Below, piece by piece: positions 53,558 to 63,851 of a stretch of 64,000 nt of DNA. The notes below the pieces were generated by a model that ran no database searches, was not told the DNA's origin, and saw only the letters and a program-made list of their open reading frames with translations. Source of the DNA: Candidatus Campbellbacteria bacterium (GTDB lineage Bacteria; Patescibacteriota; Minisyncoccia; Phycocordibacterales; GCA-2747955); the NCBI GenBank assembly GCA_947311625.1, contig CAMZKW010000001.1, forward strand, positions 15,776-79,775. The letters are read 5' to 3'. A program made the translations under genes and the position numbers. The first letter of the stretch is position 1. Each line of letters opens with the position of its first letter.

Positions 53558-53908
53558 TTTAAAAAAGATAAATTATTTTGTAAATTTTTTTTTTAAATTT
53601 TCCAAACTAAAATCTTCTGATTTTGGTAATTTATCTAGATTATCTTTTATTCCTCCGATTGTTTTTTTTGCATCTTCAGTTGTTTCCAATACATTATTGT
53701 ATGCTTCTGTTATTGATTTATAAATGGGCTGAATATATGATCAAGTTAAAATACCTAAAGAAACTATAATAATCCACTTTATAATTCAGAATAATTTAGC
53801 CCATCTTTTTGAATTTCTTTCTCCGTGTAAGATTGAATTATTATCTTCTATTTTTTTTTCTAAAATTTCAATTTTTTTTAAAATTAAATCTAATTTTTCT
53901 TCTTCCAT
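53558..53908 (-). CDS. small membrane protein, 116 aa, two in-frame TGA
   Basis: Hand translation: MEEEKLDLILKKIE...WIIKWIIIVSLGILTW... Confidence 0.35.
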
Positions 53909-53912
53909 ATTT

Positions 53913-54206
53913 TTAACTTAATATTTTTTTAACTTTTAAATAATTGTCTTGAGTTTCTGGCATTTCAGCAATAATTTTTTCTTGATTATTTGTTTCAATT
54001 ATTTCATCTTCTCTTAGAGTATTTAAATTATTAAAATCTCTTAGTACATCTTGAGAAATTTCTCTATTAGAAATTTGAGCAATAAATGGAATAATATCAT
54101 CAAATTGACCAGAAAATTTTTCTGCCTCTTCATCGCTAATTTTAATTCTTGAAAGTTCAGCAAATTTTTTAACTTCTTCTGCTGATATTTTTTTTAATTC
54201 TATCAT
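53913..54206 (-). CDS. gatC: Asp/Glu-tRNA amidotransferase subunit C
   Basis: ISAEEVKKFAELSRIKISDEEAEKFSGQFDDII. 97 aa. Confidence 0.75.
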   Translation of the reverse strand: MIELKKISAEEVKKFAELSRIKISDEEAEKFSGQFDDIIPFIAQISNREISQDVLRDFNNLNTLREDEIIETNNQEKIIAEMPETQDNYLKVKKILS

Positions 54207-54260
54207 TTTTGTATTATATCATTAAAATTATTTTTTATAAAATGTTATAATTTTATAAAT

Positions 54261-54332
54261 GCTCTCGTAGTTAAATGGATATAACAGCGGTCTTCGGAAC
54301 CGCGGTTGTGGGTTCGATTCCTACCGAGAGCA
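54261..54332 (+). tRNA. tRNA-Arg(UCG)
   Basis: gctctcg ta gtta aatggatat aac a gcggt ctTCGga accgc ... cgagagc a. Confidence 0.75.
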
Positions 54333-54424
54333 CAAAAATTTATAAAAATCTGCGAATGCGGTTTTTTCTTTAATTTCTGGCTCTTAGCAGGAGGAATTAA
54401 AATTTATCCAATTATTTTATGAAA

Positions 54425-54468
54425 ATAGTAAGTGTTATAATGTTACGTAACATTGTAACACTTACTAT
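54425..54468. repeat. 44-bp palindrome (22-bp arms, one mismatch) between tRNA-Arg and the cassette promoter
   Basis: atagtaagtgttataatgttac | gtaacattgtaacacttactat. Confidence 0.8.
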
Positions 54469-54533
54469 TATTTATATCGTTTAATTTAGAATTAGGAAAT
54501 ATACACAAGATATTAACAAATTTATTTAATTCT

Positions 54534-54561
54534 CTTGACAAATAGAATATATATGATACAA
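54534..54561 (+). promoter_or_regulatory. cassette promoter (class B, paralog of 10567): TTGACA, 16-nt spacer, tgaTACAAT
   Basis: cttgacaaatagaatatatatgatacaat. Confidence 0.6.
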
Positions 54562-54602
54562 TGTATTTAGTCAAATAAAGAAATACTTTTTTATATAAAA
54601 AA

Positions 54603-54848
54603 GGGGCTGGTTCGCGAAGCGAACCAGCCCCTAAACCCCAACAGGATTTTGGTTTTTAATATTTAGAAATTAAAATCCTGTTTGGGTTTGCCTACTCAAA
54701 CAGGAATCTTGGAAAGCGGGAGGCAACTCTCTTTCTAAGATTTATATAAAAAGGTAGAGGTGCTCCAATGATGAGCTAATAAAGGCAGAAAAAAACTGCT
54801 AAGGCAAAGGCTGAAATTAAATTGAGCCCTTGAGGAGGGGCAAAAAAA
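54603..54848 (+). promoter_or_regulatory. about 245-nt structured leader, same architecture as 10636..10907
   Basis: GC hairpin ggggctggttcgc/gaa/gcgaaccagcccc. Hairpin aacaggatttt...aaaatcctgtt at 54640..54682. SD ttgaggaggggcaaaaaaaATG. Confidence 0.55.
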
Positions 54849-55205
54849 ATGAGGATTTTACTTGTTATTATGATGGCAATAGTGTCAATGGCACAAGAAA
54901 TTGACATAAGGGAATTGCTCATACAAAAACACCCTTGTATGAGTATGAAAAAATATGATACAAAGGATGTCTTGAAGAGACAAAAAAAAATTATTTATTC
55001 CAAGCGTTACAAACGTTTGCAATATATAAAAATGTTAGATAGGAGGCTTGAAGAGTGTAGAAAAGTTTCTCCTTTTTTAGCAAAAATAAGATTCCAGGAA
55101 TTATCAAAAAGAGATCGATATGATCTCTTAAAGTATGTTAGCCATACTTCATTTTTGGAATATAATAACAGGCCTCCTTCATCTGGTACGGGGGCAAGTA
55201 AGTAG
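54849..55205 (+). CDS. orphan 118-aa basic protein with signal-like N-terminus, SD-led, TAG stop
   Basis: MRILLVIMMAIVSMAQE.... GC-richer than the flanks. No TGA. Confidence 0.5.
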   Translation: MRILLVIMMAIVSMAQEIDIRELLIQKHPCMSMKKYDTKDVLKRQKKIIYSKRYKRLQYIKMLDRRLEECRKVSPFLAKIRFQELSKRDRYDLLKYVSHTSFLEYNNRPPSSGTGASK

Positions 55206-55302
55206 TTAACCCACATAGATGTGGTGTCGTTAATAAAAAATTGGCTATGTGGTTCATAGCCAGTCGGTTATGAGTTTACATAGTCAATCGGTTAGATTGA
55301 TT

Positions 55303-55767
55303 TTATTTTTTTTTATCAATTTTTATATCATAAATACAATAATTTTTTCCTCAACATTTTAGAATATAAAGAGAATAAAGTTGTCCTAAAATTGCGATTA
55401 GAATAATCCAAACTGCATAGTCTTCAAAAAAACCTTGAGCAATTGTTGGTAAGAAAGTTAGTCCGATGCTTCCACCCAAGGCAGCGCCACACATAGGAGC
55501 ACCAATTCCACAAACTTGAGTGGCTAAAATTCCAAAAAGTGAAAGAATTATTGAAAGTCAAGATTTACCAGTTTTTGCATTTAGTTTTATTCTTTCTTTA
55601 GTGTTTCTGAAAATGCAGGTTATGGTTAGGGCGGTTGAAAGAATAAAAGAATAGGCTAAAAGATTATATGATCCAAAAAATATTTTCTCAGGAATTAGAA
55701 AATAAATTCCAAAAAGAGAAAGAATAAAAATTAGGACACATCATTTAGATTTTAAAATACAAAACAT
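55303..55767 (-). CDS. membrane protein, 154 aa, three in-frame TGA
   Basis: Hand translation: MFCILKSKWCVLIFILSLFG...GIGAPMCGAALGGSIG.... Confidence 0.4.
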
Positions 55768-55801
55768 AAAAGAATTATAACAAATATGTTATAATTTGCC
55801 T

Positions 55802-56140
55802 ATGCAAAATAATTCTAATAGAAAATTTAAGATTCAAGAAGTTCTTAGAGAAATAGTTTCTAATTTTATAAATACAGAGACAAATAAAACCTCTTTGATT
55901 ACAGTTACAAGAGTTGATGTTTCACCAAATTTATCAAGCTGTGATATTTTTGTAACTATATTTCCTGAATCAGCCGAAGAATCAGCTTTAAATTTTTTGA
56001 AGAGAAAAAGGATTGATACAAAAAATGAAATTAAGAAAAAAATGCATATGAGAAAAATTCCATTTGTGGATTTTAAAATAGATGAGGGTGAAAAAAATAG
56101 ACAGAGAGTTGAAGAAATTAGTCAAAATATTAATGACTAA
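55802..56140 (+). CDS. rbfA: ribosome-binding factor A
   Basis: KIQEVLREIVSNFI...LITVTRVDVSPNLSSCDIFVT...MRKIPFVDFKID. Confidence 0.75.
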   Translation: MQNNSNRKFKIQEVLREIVSNFINTETNKTSLITVTRVDVSPNLSSCDIFVTIFPESAEESALNFLKRKRIDTKNEIKKKMHMRKIPFVDFKIDEGEKNRQRVEEISQNIND

Positions 56141-56337
56141 TTTTTTTCCACATTTTATTTTTTACAACTTGTTTTTTTATTTTTTTATGATAAAATATTT
56201 TTACATTGATTTGGTAAATGACGAACTAATCATTTCAATGAGATGTATCTTGAAGAGGTTTAACTCCTTTACTCTCAGTCTAGACTCGAGATACATCGGC
56301 GCTTTAATAAAATTTTAGTTTTAAAATTTTACATATC

Positions 56338-56408
56338 GCGGGATTAGTTAATCGGTATAATATCTGCCTTCCAAGCAGAGGTGGCCAGTTCGATTCTGGC
56401 ATCCCGCA
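56338..56408 (+). tRNA. tRNA-Gly(UCC)
   Basis: gcgggat ta gtta atcggtat aat a tctgc ctTCCaa gcaga ... atcccgc a. Confidence 0.8.
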
Positions 56409-56593
56409 CAATAAAAATATCAGAAGCTATTTTTTTTATTTATACTTTCGGCTTAAAATCAAAAAAAAATAAAATAAATCATTCTGTAATAAATCAAGAT
56501 GAAATATCGGATGTGGGTATTTTAGAGATAGAAAGAAAAAACATAGCAATAGTTAAAAAAATATTCAAGATAAAAAAAGGTGGATATGATGTT

Positions 56594-57727
56594 ATGGATA
56601 GTTTCGGGTCTTCTATTCATACTCAAAGTGATACCCAAAGTAATAATGGAGAGAAAAAAGTAGAGGGGAGTAGAATTTTTTCTGGATTTTTATCAGAATT
56701 TACACTTGTAATAGTAATAGTAGTATTGTTCGTAGTATTTTCTTTTTTGATCCTGGGCGCTAATTTTTGATTTTGGCTAATTGTTCTTGTATGATTTTGG
56801 TTTTTGGGAGGATATTATGGTTTATTGCCGGCAAAATTTTTATTTTTTACAAAGTGAGGAATATTTTATTTTGCTTTTATTCTAAATATTATTTTTGTTT
56901 TTATTACTGTTCCTGATACAAATGAAGAACCTGATTTCAAAAATTCAAACAATGATTATGTTTCTATTTCTTGCGAAGCTAAGAACTTTGAATTTAAAAA
57001 GAATGAAAATGTTTTAACTTATATCGTAGGAGGTTATGATACAAAATATGCTAACAGAACTAAAAAAGAATATTCCTTAGAAGAATTAAAAAAATATGGT
57101 TTTGAAACAAAATTATTAAAAGCTGATAAAAAAGTTTATTTACTTTCTCAAATATGTAACGGTGATAAATTAGTTTCTGATTTGGAGACATCGGCTGTTA
57201 ATCCATCAATGGCAGGAGATAAAAAAGGTTTTACTAATCTGAATTTTTTTGATGCTTTTATTAAAAGCCAAAAAATTAAAGTTGGAGAAAAATATCAAAT
57301 TTATGGATATTATTCTTATGATGGTAGAACTTGATTTGTGAATGATAAAATAGAGATTGAAATTAAAAAAGAAAAGCAACAAAAAGAAAATTCAAATGAA
57401 TGGGTAGAAAAAGAAAAAATGGCTAAAATTTTTGGGAAATTAGAAAAAGAGGCTCAAACTTATCACCCAGCTTCTGAAAGTTTTTCAAATTTTTGTAAAG
57501 AGAAAAAAGTGATAATTTTATTAAATGAATTAAACAAAATACAAGGAATAAATCTTTTTGAAAAATGTAAGGCTAATAAGAACTCTTTCGTATTGTCAGC
57601 AAAAATAAATCAAAGGAATAAAAAAAGTGCTTATTGTTTGAGTGGAAATTTTGTGGGGACAAAATTAGTTGTAGATTTTAACAATGATTTAAACAATTAT
57701 TCTTATGATAGTAATAATGATTTTTAA
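56594..57727 (+). CDS. membrane-anchored hypothetical protein, 377 aa, four in-frame TGA
   Basis: Segment 56771..57337 was translated by hand with no TAA/TAG. The upstream part of track ORF 56381 overlaps tRNA-Gly and is discarded. Confidence 0.45.
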
Positions 57728-57794
57728 TGATTATTTTTTTTCAAAAATATGTTATACTTATAGGGTATAGCTTATAAAAAATAATTTAAAAAAT

Positions 57795-58076
57795 ATGAGA
57801 TGTAATTCAATAAAATGTAATAAAAAATTTTGTGAAGGTGGTGATAATTTAAAACACTTAAACAGGATTAAGGGTCAGTTGGAAAAATTAGAAGAGTATA
57901 TAAAAAATGGGGAAGAGTGTAAAGATATAGCTATGTTGATGAAGTCTGTTTCGGCTTCTTTTGAGTCTTTAAAAAATAAGACAATGAAAAATTTTGTTTT
58001 GAATGAATTGGGGGAAAATATTACAAAAAAACAGATTGAAAATATTGAAACAATATTTGAAACTTATAAAAAATAA
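57795..58076 (+). CDS. CsoR/RcnR/FrmR-family metal-sensing repressor
   Basis: LNRIKGQLEKLEEYIKNGEECKDIAMLMKSVSASFESL. 93 aa. Confidence 0.55.
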   Translation: MRCNSIKCNKKFCEGGDNLKHLNRIKGQLEKLEEYIKNGEECKDIAMLMKSVSASFESLKNKTMKNFVLNELGENITKKQIENIETIFETYKK

Positions 58077-58087
58077 TTTAAGAGATT

Positions 58088-58813
58088 ATGAAAAATTTTA
58101 AAAATATATTTGCCTTTGGAGAAAGGGTTAAGGGTTATGATGTACCAGTTTTAAATGAAAGAGAAGTTAGGGGGGCTTCAGGAATTTTATTTTTCTTTGC
58201 CACTCTTTCAATTTTCTTTGCCTTATTTCAATTTAATTTTTACCCAGCAAAGGTTTTTGTAACAATTTTTATGTTGGATTTTATTATTAGAGTTTTGATA
58301 AATCCAAAATATTCGCCAACTTTAATTTTGGCTCGTTGGGTTGTTTCAAATCAGCTGCCAGAATATGTTGGAGCTCCACAAAAAAGATTTGCTTGGACTA
58401 TTGGTCTAGTTTTGTCTGTGTTAGTGTTTATTTTTTTAGTTATTATGGGAATAAGCACTATGTTCATTTGTTTGCTTTGTTTTACCTGTTTGATATTTCT
58501 ATTTTTAGAGTCAGTTTTTGGAATTTGTTTAGGTTGTAAAATGTATGATTTGATAAGTTCAAAAAAAGCAGAATTTTGTCCCGGTGGGGTTTGTGAAGTT
58601 CATATAAAAGAAGATATACAAAAAATAGATAAAATTCAATGAAGTATTTTAATTTTGGCTTTTGCTAGTTTATGGTTTATTTTAAGTTCTGGAATTTTTA
58701 AGGATTGTCAGAGTAATGAAGGTAATATCTTAATTCAAAATAGTGGAGATGATAATCAACAATGCGATATTTCTAAATTTATAAATGGAGATAAGGAAAA
58801 TAAAGATAATTAA
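58088..58813 (+). CDS. DUF4395-type membrane protein, 241 aa, one in-frame TGA; the frame stays open 37 codons past its TAA
   Basis: YDVPVLNEREVRGASGIL...LPEYVGAPQKRFAWTIG...ESVFGICLGCKMY. Confidence 0.5.
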
Positions 58814-59275
58814 AAAACTCTTAAATTTGAAATTGGCGGAGAAGAGAATAAATGGATTTTAGAAAGTAAAGAAAAGAAAAATGATAAAGATTGTGAAGTC
58901 CCGGGTTGAGCCAAAGCGATTGGGTAGGAGGAATTATGAAAAAAATACCACGGTTGTGAGTAGTTTTTTTAATTAAATTTTATTGAGTTTTATTGAGTAC
59001 CGGATAGATTATAAAAATGTATTTACTAGAGAGTATAAAGATAGGTTTATCAGAAAAAAATTTTCTTTTTTTAAGGATTAATTTAAAATTATTGTTCTAT
59101 TTAAAATATAAAAATTATCAACATATTTTCATTGACTTTAAAACTTATAAAATGGTATAATTCCCAGTACATTTTACTTTTCGTTTTGATTTAAACGAGG
59201 CTGATAAGTCACGTGTATTCGCAAAGTAAAATTGTTAATTAACAATTATAAATAATTTAATAAATAATAAATATT

Positions 59276-60463
59276 ATGGCAGATTACAATAGAGATTTAC
59301 CACACTTTAACGTTGGTACTTTAGGTCACGTGGACCACGGAAAAACTACTCTTACAGCAGCTATCCTAAATACACTTTTCCTTGATGGAAAAATTGATGC
59401 TAAAGGTTCAATCGATGATATCGATAATGCTCCTGAAGAAAAAGAAAGAGGAATTACAATTGCTCTTTCTCATCAAGAATATAAAACAGCAAATAGACAC
59501 TATGCTCACATTGATGCTCCAGGTCACAAAGACTACATCAAAAACATGATTACAGGTGCTGCACAAATGGACGGTGCTATCTTAGTGGTTGCATCAACTG
59601 ATGGACTTATGCCACAAACTAGAGAACATATTTTGTTAGCTAAACAAGTTGGTGTTCCAAAAATGATTGTTTTCTTAAACAAAATTGATATCGTTGATGA
59701 TATGGAAATGGTTGAATTAGTTGAAGAAGAAATTAAAGAAGCTTTAACTCAATATGGATTTGATGGAGAAAATACTCCATTCATAAAAGGTTCAGCTCTT
59801 AAAGCAGCTGAAGCTGAAGCTCCAGATGAATGAACAGCAAAGATTCTTGAATTAGCTGAAGCTATGGATACATGATTTGATATTCCAGATAGAGATGTTG
59901 ATGGAGCATTCTTAATGCCAATCGAAGATATCTTCTCAATCGAAGGTAGAGGAACTGTGGTAACAGGAAAAATTGAAAAAGGTGCAGCTGTTGTTGGAGA
60001 TGAAGTTGAAATTGTTGGAATTAAAGATACAGTTAAAACTACAATTACAGGTGTTGAAATGTTTAACAAATCTCTAGAAAGAGGGGAAGCTGGAGATAAT
60101 GCTGGGGTTTTAATTAGAGGTATCAAAAAAGAAGATATCACTAGAGGGCAAGTTCTTGCAAAACCAGGATCAATTACTCCACACACAGAGTTTGAAGCTG
60201 AAATTTACGTTCTTTCAAAGGAAGAAGGTGGAAGACATACTCCATTCTTCTCAGGTTATAAACCACAATTCTACATCAGAACTACTGATGTGACTGGTGA
60301 AGTAACATTAAACGAAGGAGTTGAAATGGTTATGCCAGGAGATACTGTAACTTTCAAAGTAAAATTACATACTCCAGTAGCTATGGAAGACAATATGAGA
60401 TTTGCTGTTAGGGAAGGAGGTAGAACAGTTGGATCAGGAGTTGTTACAAAAATTATTGCTTAA
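59276..60463 (+). CDS. tuf: elongation factor Tu, 395 aa, two in-frame TGA
   Basis: [18 protein letters not shown]. The TGA in APDE-W-TAKILEL aligns with the E. coli AEWEAKILEL Trp. Confidence 0.95.
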
Positions 60464-60489
60464 TAAAATTTAAGTAAAAACATTGAGAA

Positions 60490-60544
60490 TTTTTCTCTCT
60501 GTGGAGTTTAGATATGTATCATCTAAATTCCACAGAGAGAAAAA
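60490..60544. terminator. 24-bp hairpin (one G.U pair) after tuf
   Basis: tttttctctctgtggagtttagat / atgtatc / atctaaattccacagagagaaaaa. Confidence 0.6.
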
Positions 60545-60614
60545 TATCAATACATTAAAAATTAAAGTTGTAAGTTTAGAACTTTAATTTTGAACTTTTA
60601 AAATAAAATATAAA

Positions 60615-60953
60615 ATGACAGATACTAAAAAAAATAATGTATCAAAATTGAGAATTATTGTGTCAGCCTTTGAACATAAAGTTTTAGATAAAACCGTAGC
60701 AGAAATTTTATCAGCTGTGGAAAAACTAGAAGTTGAAACTAAAGGACCAATTCCATTACCTACAAAGACAAAAAGATGAACTGTAAATAGATCAACTTTT
60801 GTTTATGAACAATCAAAAGAACAATTTGAAATGAAAACTCATAGAAGATTAATTGATATCATAAATCCAAATCAAAAAGTAATGGAAACTCTTACAAATA
60901 TGCAAATTCCAGCTGGAGTTAATGTAGATGTAAAAATGGTAAATGCTAAATAA
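60615..60953 (+). CDS. rpsJ: ribosomal protein S10, one in-frame TGA
   Basis: KLRIIVSAFEHKVLD...GPIPLPTKTKR-W-TVNRS...HRRLIDI. Absent from the track because the TGA splits it. Confidence 0.85.
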
Positions 60954-60998
60954 TCTTAATTTAAGATACCAATTATAAAAAAGGAGCAATATTTGAAA

Positions 60999-61021
60999 GA
61001 GGCGGCCCTTTGGGCCGCCTC
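60999..61021. repeat. GC palindrome gaggcggccc/ttt/gggccgcctc between rpsJ and rplC
   Basis: 10-bp GC stem inside an otherwise AT-rich operon spacer. Confidence 0.6.
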
Positions 61022-61053
61022 CTCTGAGATAACTCCACTAAAAAAAAATTAAA

Positions 61054-61689
61054 ATGAAAACAATTCAAAAATTTATTTTAGGTCAAAAAGATAGAATGAC
61101 TCAAATTTTCGATGAAAATGGAGTTGCTGTTCCAGTAACAGCTATCAATATTGATAAAAATATTATTACTGCTCTTAAAGAAGCAGATAAAGATGGTTAC
61201 TCAGCAGTGCAAGTTGCATCAGTTGAGAAAAAAGACTATAAAGTTAATAAAGCTCAAAAAGGACAATTCGGTGGAAAAGGTTATAAGTTTGTAAAAGAAT
61301 TTAGAACTGATAATACTGAATATAAAGTTGGTGATGAAATTGAAATTACTTCTTTTGAAGAAGGTGATATTCTTGAAATAACATCAGTTTCAAAAGGTAA
61401 AGGGTTCCAAGGTGGAGTTAAAAGACATGGTTTTAAAGGAGGAAGAAGGTCACACGGAAATAAACATGCTGAAAGGGAAGTTGGTTCCATTGGAGCAACT
61501 GGACCACAAAGAGTGTTTAAAGGTTTAAGATCAACAGGTAGAATGGGTTCAGATATAATTACTGTTAAAAATTTAACTTTAGTTAAAATTGATACAGAAA
61601 ATAATAGGGTCTTTGTGAAAGGGGCTATTGCTGGTAAACCAGGAACTTTAGTTGAACTTAAAACTGTTTCTTATCCAACAAAAAAATAA
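61054..61689 (+). CDS. rplC: ribosomal protein L3
   Basis: GKGFQGGVKRHGF...GRMG. Confidence 0.9.
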   Translation: MKTIQKFILGQKDRMTQIFDENGVAVPVTAINIDKNIITALKEADKDGYSAVQVASVEKKDYKVNKAQKGQFGGKGYKFVKEFRTDNTEYKVGDEIEITSFEEGDILEITSVSKGKGFQGGVKRHGFKGGRRSHGNKHAEREVGSIGATGPQRVFKGLRSTGRMGSDIITVKNLTLVKIDTENNRVFVKGAIAGKPGTLVELKTVSYPTKK

Positions 61690-61772
61690 ATTAATATAAG
61701 TTTGCTGAACTTTAAAATCAGCTAAGGGAGAGTAGGACTCAGTCCGAACTTTCCAAATTATCAGGACTGAAA

Positions 61773-61803
61773 GGGTGAAAATTTGCTAAGCAAATTTTCA
61801 CCC
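61773..61803. repeat. hairpin gggtgaaaatttgc/taa/gcaaattttcaccc between rplC and rplD
   Basis: 14-bp perfect stem. Confidence 0.6.
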
Positions 61804-61830
61804 ACGTAGGTCAATAATTAAATTTAAAAT

Positions 61831-62490
61831 ATGAAAACAGAAATTTATGACATAAAAGGTTCAAAAGCTGGAGATATTGAATTATCATCAGTATTTGAAA
61901 CTGAATTGAATAATGACTTGATACATCAAGTTGTTGTTTCAATGATGTCAAATAAAAGAATGAATACAGCTCATTCAAAAGATAGATCAGAGGTTAGAGG
62001 GGGTGGAAGAAAACCTTGAAAACAAAAAGGTACAGGTAAAGCAAGACATGGTTCAAATAGATCACCAATTTGAGTTGGTGGAGGGGTTGCTTTCGGACCA
62101 AGAAATGAAAGAAATTACGACAAAAAAATTAATAAAAAAATGAAAAATAATGCATTTTTCCAAATTCTTTCTCAAAAAATGAAAGATGGAGAAATACTAT
62201 TTGTAGATTCATTAAATTTTGAAAGTCCAAAAACCAAAGAAGCAAAAAGCTTTTTAGAAAATATTTCTAAAATTTCTGGTTTTGAAACAATTCTTACAAA
62301 GAAAAAGAACTCAGCAATTATTGCGAATACAGAATTAAATCAAAACAATATAAAGTCATTTTCAAACTTTTCAAACATTAAAACTGAAGAATTTAGAAAA
62401 TTAAGTCCTCTTGATTTATTAAACTCAAAGTATCTTATAATTGTTAACCCTGAGGCTGCAATGGCAATCTTAGAAGCAAAAAAGAAATAA
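61831..62490 (+). CDS. rplD: ribosomal protein L4, two in-frame TGA
   Basis: [34 protein letters not shown]. Both TGA align with conserved Trp residues of L4. Confidence 0.9.
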
Positions 62491-62520
62491 AATTATAAAT
62501 TTTAAGTAATATAAAATAAT

Positions 62521-62823
62521 ATGACTCAAATTAAAGAAAATATTTCTGCTCCTAAGGTTATCATTAAAAAACCTAGGGTGACAGAAAAAGCCGCAATGGC
62601 ATCAGAAAAAAATGTTTATGTTTTTGAAATTTCAAAAACTGCAAATAAATCTGAAGTAAAAAAAGAAATTGAAAGAATTTACTCAACAAAAGTTGATAAA
62701 GTAAATATTGCTAAAACAGCAGAAAAGAAAACTTTCATTAGAGGAAAAAAAGGAACAAAGGCTGGAATTAAAAAAGCATATGTGTATCTTGCAAAAGATG
62801 CAAAAGCTTTAGAAATTTTCTAG
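62521..62823 (+). CDS. rplW: ribosomal protein L23
   Basis: VIIKKPRVTEKA...VYVFEI...KKAYVYL. Confidence 0.85.
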   Translation: MTQIKENISAPKVIIKKPRVTEKAAMASEKNVYVFEISKTANKSEVKKEIERIYSTKVDKVNIAKTAEKKTFIRGKKGTKAGIKKAYVYLAKDAKALEIF

Positions 62824-62836
62824 TTTTTATTTAAAA

Positions 62837-62918
62837 AACTGAGCCGATAAATCAGTAAAAAATTATAAAATTATGGTAACTGAGCCGATAAATCAGTTTA
62901 AATAAAAAAATTATGGCA
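62837..62918 (+). repeat. tandem about 41-nt duplication covering the rplB translation start
   Basis: aactgagccgataaatcagt occurs at 62837 and 62878. Each copy is followed by an A-rich tract and attATGg. Confidence 0.75.
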
Positions 62919-63761
62919 ATAAAAAGATACAAACCTACATCAAATGGTGTTAGAAATATGACCGTTGTAAAATATAAAGATTATCTTACAACCGATACAC
63001 CTTACAAACCTTTAACAAGAGGTGGTAAAAAAACTGGAGGTAGAAATGCTTTTGGTAGAATTACATCTAGATTTAGAGGTGGTGGAGTAAAAAGAAGTTT
63101 CAGAACTATTGATTTTAAATATAATAAATTTGATATTCCTGCAACTATTGAAACAGTGGAATATGATCCATATAGGTCAGCATTTATTTCTCTTGTTGTT
63201 TATAGAGATGGAGAAAGAAGATATATTTTATCTCCAAAAAATGCAAAAGCTGGAGATAAATTTATAGTTTCAGAAGAAGCTGATATAGAAGTTGGTAACA
63301 GAATGAAATTAAAAAATATTCCAGTGGGAACATTTGTTTATGCAGTTGAAATTCAACCAGGTGCTGGAGCTAAATTAGCTCGTTCAGCTGGTACTTCTCT
63401 TGAAGTTGCAGCTTTAGATGGAGATAAAGTTCATTTAAAAATGCCTTCATCAGAAATTAGAAAAGTTTCTGCTGAATCCTATGCAACAATTGGTGAAGCT
63501 TCAAATCCAGATCATAAACTTGTAAATATTGGTAAAGCCGGTAGAGCAAGACATATGGGTAGAAGACCAAAAGTTAGAGGTTCAGCTATGAACCCAGTTG
63601 ACCACCCATACGGAGGAGGTGAAGGAAAACAAGGAATTGGTATGAGAAGATTAAAATCTAAGTGAGGAAAACCAACAGGTAAAGGTCAAAAAACAAGAAG
63701 ACCAAAGAAATATTCTAATGATAATATTGTTAGAAGAAGAAAAGTTGGAAAGAAAAAATAA
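62913..63761 (+). CDS. rplB: ribosomal protein L2, one in-frame TGA
   Basis: HPYGGGEGK...KSK-W-GKPTGKGQKTR. The TGA aligns with the conserved PWG Trp. Confidence 0.95.
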
Positions 63762-63787
63762 TCTTTCTGCTTTTTTTTATTAAAATT

Positions 63788-63816
63788 TTGACTTAATTTT
63801 ATAAAAATGTTATTAT
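63788..63816 (+). promoter_or_regulatory. cassette promoter (class C): TTGACT, 17-nt spacer, tgtTATTAT
   Basis: Read directly. Similar to 42377. Confidence 0.5.
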
Positions 63817-63851
63817 TTAAAATGTAAATTCAAAATTGTAAAGGAGTAGAA

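Noticed and set aside
54849-55560. A very long TAG-readthrough frame after the 118-aa ORF (four in-frame TAGs before a TAA)
   Set aside because: The downstream part overlaps hairpins and the convergent membrane-protein gene 55303..55767, so the openness is probably incidental.
58936-59007. SD-led 23-codon ORF (MKKIPRLWVVFLIKFYWVLLSTG) after the DUF4395 gene
   Set aside because: It is too short and has no conserved features. It is noted only in connection with the open extension of the upstream gene.
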